From positions 65,968,001 to 66,032,000 of the forward strand of contig NC_073382.1 in assembly GCF_028641065.1 (NCBI RefSeq): 64,000 bases of DNA. Direction: 5' to 3'. The DNA is from Leucoraja erinacea (Eukaryota). A model generated the notes under the pieces. The model was not told the DNA's origin and made no database searches. It worked only from the letters and a program-made list of their open reading frames with translations. Below are positions 61,929 through 64,000 of the stretch, piece after piece. Made by a program: the position numbers and the translations under genes. The stretch's first letter is position 1. Every line of letters begins with the position of its first letter.

Positions 61929-63306
61929 CAGGCACGTGCCGTCAGGGTGGGCAAGGTAGGCACTGCCTACCCTGACTAAAATTATAAAATGATCATTATT
62001 AAATATAAATAGTAGAGGCACGGGAGAATTATGCCTACCTAAGATCGATCTCTTAGGTAGGCATAATTCTCTGTCCCTTTCATGCGCAGTACATGTAATA
62101 TGCGAAAGTGTGTGCAGCTCACGTGCCGTCGACGATGCTTCAATCCGTCAATTTCAAGGGGAGCTGAAGGCAGCTGAAGGCAGCACGAGTTTCTTGGCGG
62201 GTTTTTCAAACAGAGAGAGAAGAATGGACTTTGTGTACAAATTATGTGGTAAGTAGATTTCTTTGAGCTATATGTTTTTAAATACCATATTTCCCAGCAA
62301 TGAAGATGCTATTTATTACCCATAAATAAGGCACGAAAATTTACCTGCGTCTTGGAGGCCGAAGGTTAGATTGTTAGCCAAGAACGATGTTGCTGTACTG
62401 AGGGATGGCCAAGTCTATCCCTCATTGCTGGCAGCTGATGGGAAGCGGCTGTAAAAGGACAGCGCCGCTGGGTGGAAGGGGGGGGGAGATTTCCTTTCAC
62501 AGCGCGTGGGGAGTCCGGCCAGGGCTAAAGTTGCGGAGGGCAGGAGCGTAGAGAAGGAGCGGATCGGGGATCATGCCAGCAACCAGCTCAAGAGCAGGTC
62601 AGCGGGCGATGAATAACAGAACGGCGGGCGGTGGCACTTACTCCTGTGTCAGCGCGAGTAACCTCAATTGGTCCCTTGTTTGCGCTGACACAGGAGTAAG
62701 CTTCGCCGCCCACAGTCCTGACCCGCTCCGCTCTATGCTCTTGGCTCTTGAGCTGGTCCCCTCACTGTTCAGACGGAGAGCACTGGCAGAGGTGAGCGGG
62801 ATGGCAGAAGGCACTGAGTTCCCGGCGGCCGCGGCTGCTGTGAGTGAGCGGTAATGGGCATGATCCCCGACCCCCTCCTTCTCAACACTCCTGCCCTTCC
62901 TGCAACTTTACCCCTGGCCAGACTCCCCACATGCTGGGAAAGGAACTCTCCCCCCAATTGGTCCCTTGAACTAGTATTGTCATTCAATAAGATCACAACT
63001 GATTCAACTTGTCCCGGTGTGCTCCCGTTTTTCCCACCATCTCTCCACCTTTTTTTGAGCATGAGAAATTCTATGTCCCGCCAGCCTTCTTTCAAAATTT
63101 AGCAACTCAAGATGGGGGTGTATCTTCGACGCAGGTGCATCTTCATTGCCGGGAAATACGGTATTTTATTAAGAGATATGGCTTTTGAAGACTTTATAAA
63201 AGTTGACTGACAGCTTACAGAGAGGAGAACAATCTGCGCATGCGCGGTTTAAGAATTTAAAAAATCCGACTGACTGCCCTGAGTAATTACTCACGGCACG
63301 TGCCTG
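61929..63306 (+). mobile_element. Non-autonomous hAT element, 1378 bp, inserted in an old SINE
   Basis: Perfect 14-bp TIR CAGGCACGTGCCGT / ACGGCACGTGCCTG; 8-bp TSD GAGTGCGG / GTGTGCGG; host SINE at ~61765-61928 resumes at 63307. Confidence 0.9.
62285..63161. mobile_element. TcMar (Tc2/pogo-like) non-autonomous element nested in the hAT
   Basis: TIR CCATATTTCCCAGCAATGAAGATGC vs reverse complement of right end CCGTATTTCCCGGCAATGAAGATGC (23/25); TA on both flanks. Confidence 0.85.
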
Positions 63307-64000
63307 GTGTGCGGGGAAAGGGTGCAAAAGTGGGATAACACCGACATAGTGTGAATAATATGCTCTTACTTGGGGTTTTGAATTGCATTGAGCATCCTGA
63401 ATTCTATGTCATTTTTCGATGGCATGTAGTATTTTATATTATGGATTTTGATTTTAATTCTATCCTATGGAAATGTCACATGACAATTTTTGTCTTTGTT
63501 ATCCTGCAAGGACAGAATATGATGTTTGCCGATGAATTAATTAAGTGGTAAGCTTTATTAACCTGGAAGCCTTGTATTAGCCAAACAACTTTCCCAGAAA
63601 GCTTTACTGCCTGTTTTGAAACTTAAATCAAATGCCTCCTGCTTACAAATTAAGGGTGATTAAAGAAAATAGTAGATGCCAATGAAATACTTTTTACTGA
63701 AAGGCTGAACAGCATGTCGAACAGAATGCCAACAAACGTGGTGTGGAATAAGAACATTAAAATAAATTCAATTATGACCCAAATTGATTTGTATTAAGAA
63801 ACAGCTTTCAGGGATATTGGAAATAACTGGATGGATGAGGGTCTTCTCGTGCCTGAGACTTTATTCTCACTGTACTATGGAGCCAGTGCTCTCTTGTGCC
63901 TGCTTGTAAGCAGTGAAGTTTGTTGTTTTTAATAATACATTTCATCAAAATTGTCTGAAGCTTTGTTCTTCAAAAACAGACGTTCTTCCTTGGCTCTTGT

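Noticed and set aside
63511-63547. 37-nt micro-exon candidate ending at GTAAGC
   Set aside because: Weak AAG acceptor and an unrecognised peptide (QNMMFADELIKW).

Overview
Repeat-dense vertebrate DNA with no recognisable host gene, most likely an intron or intergenic region. The repeat repertoire (CR1, Rex/Babar and L2 LINEs, HE1/V-type tRNA-SINEs, Penelope-derived palindromes) suggests a cartilaginous fish, probably a skate or ray; this is inference. Every ORF with a recognisable protein is a disrupted retroelement fragment: CR1 ORF1 esterase and endonuclease/RT, Rex/Babar RT, Gypsy RT-RNaseH-integrase, Penelope RT. Read by termini and target-site duplications (TSDs), the window also holds: five non-autonomous Helitron-like elements, two of which carry a TATA/Inr/splice-donor cassette; many short TSD-flanked Penelope-derived elements, several with hammerhead-ribozyme core motifs; a hAT element carrying a TcMar element, present in two copies and containing a long internal foldback; a cluster of Harbinger-like MITEs; two solo LTRs; and several nested insertions. 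Two assembly gaps are present. I found no convincing novel protein-coding system; the most interesting signals are non-coding. Boundaries not defined by a TSD or TIR are approximate.
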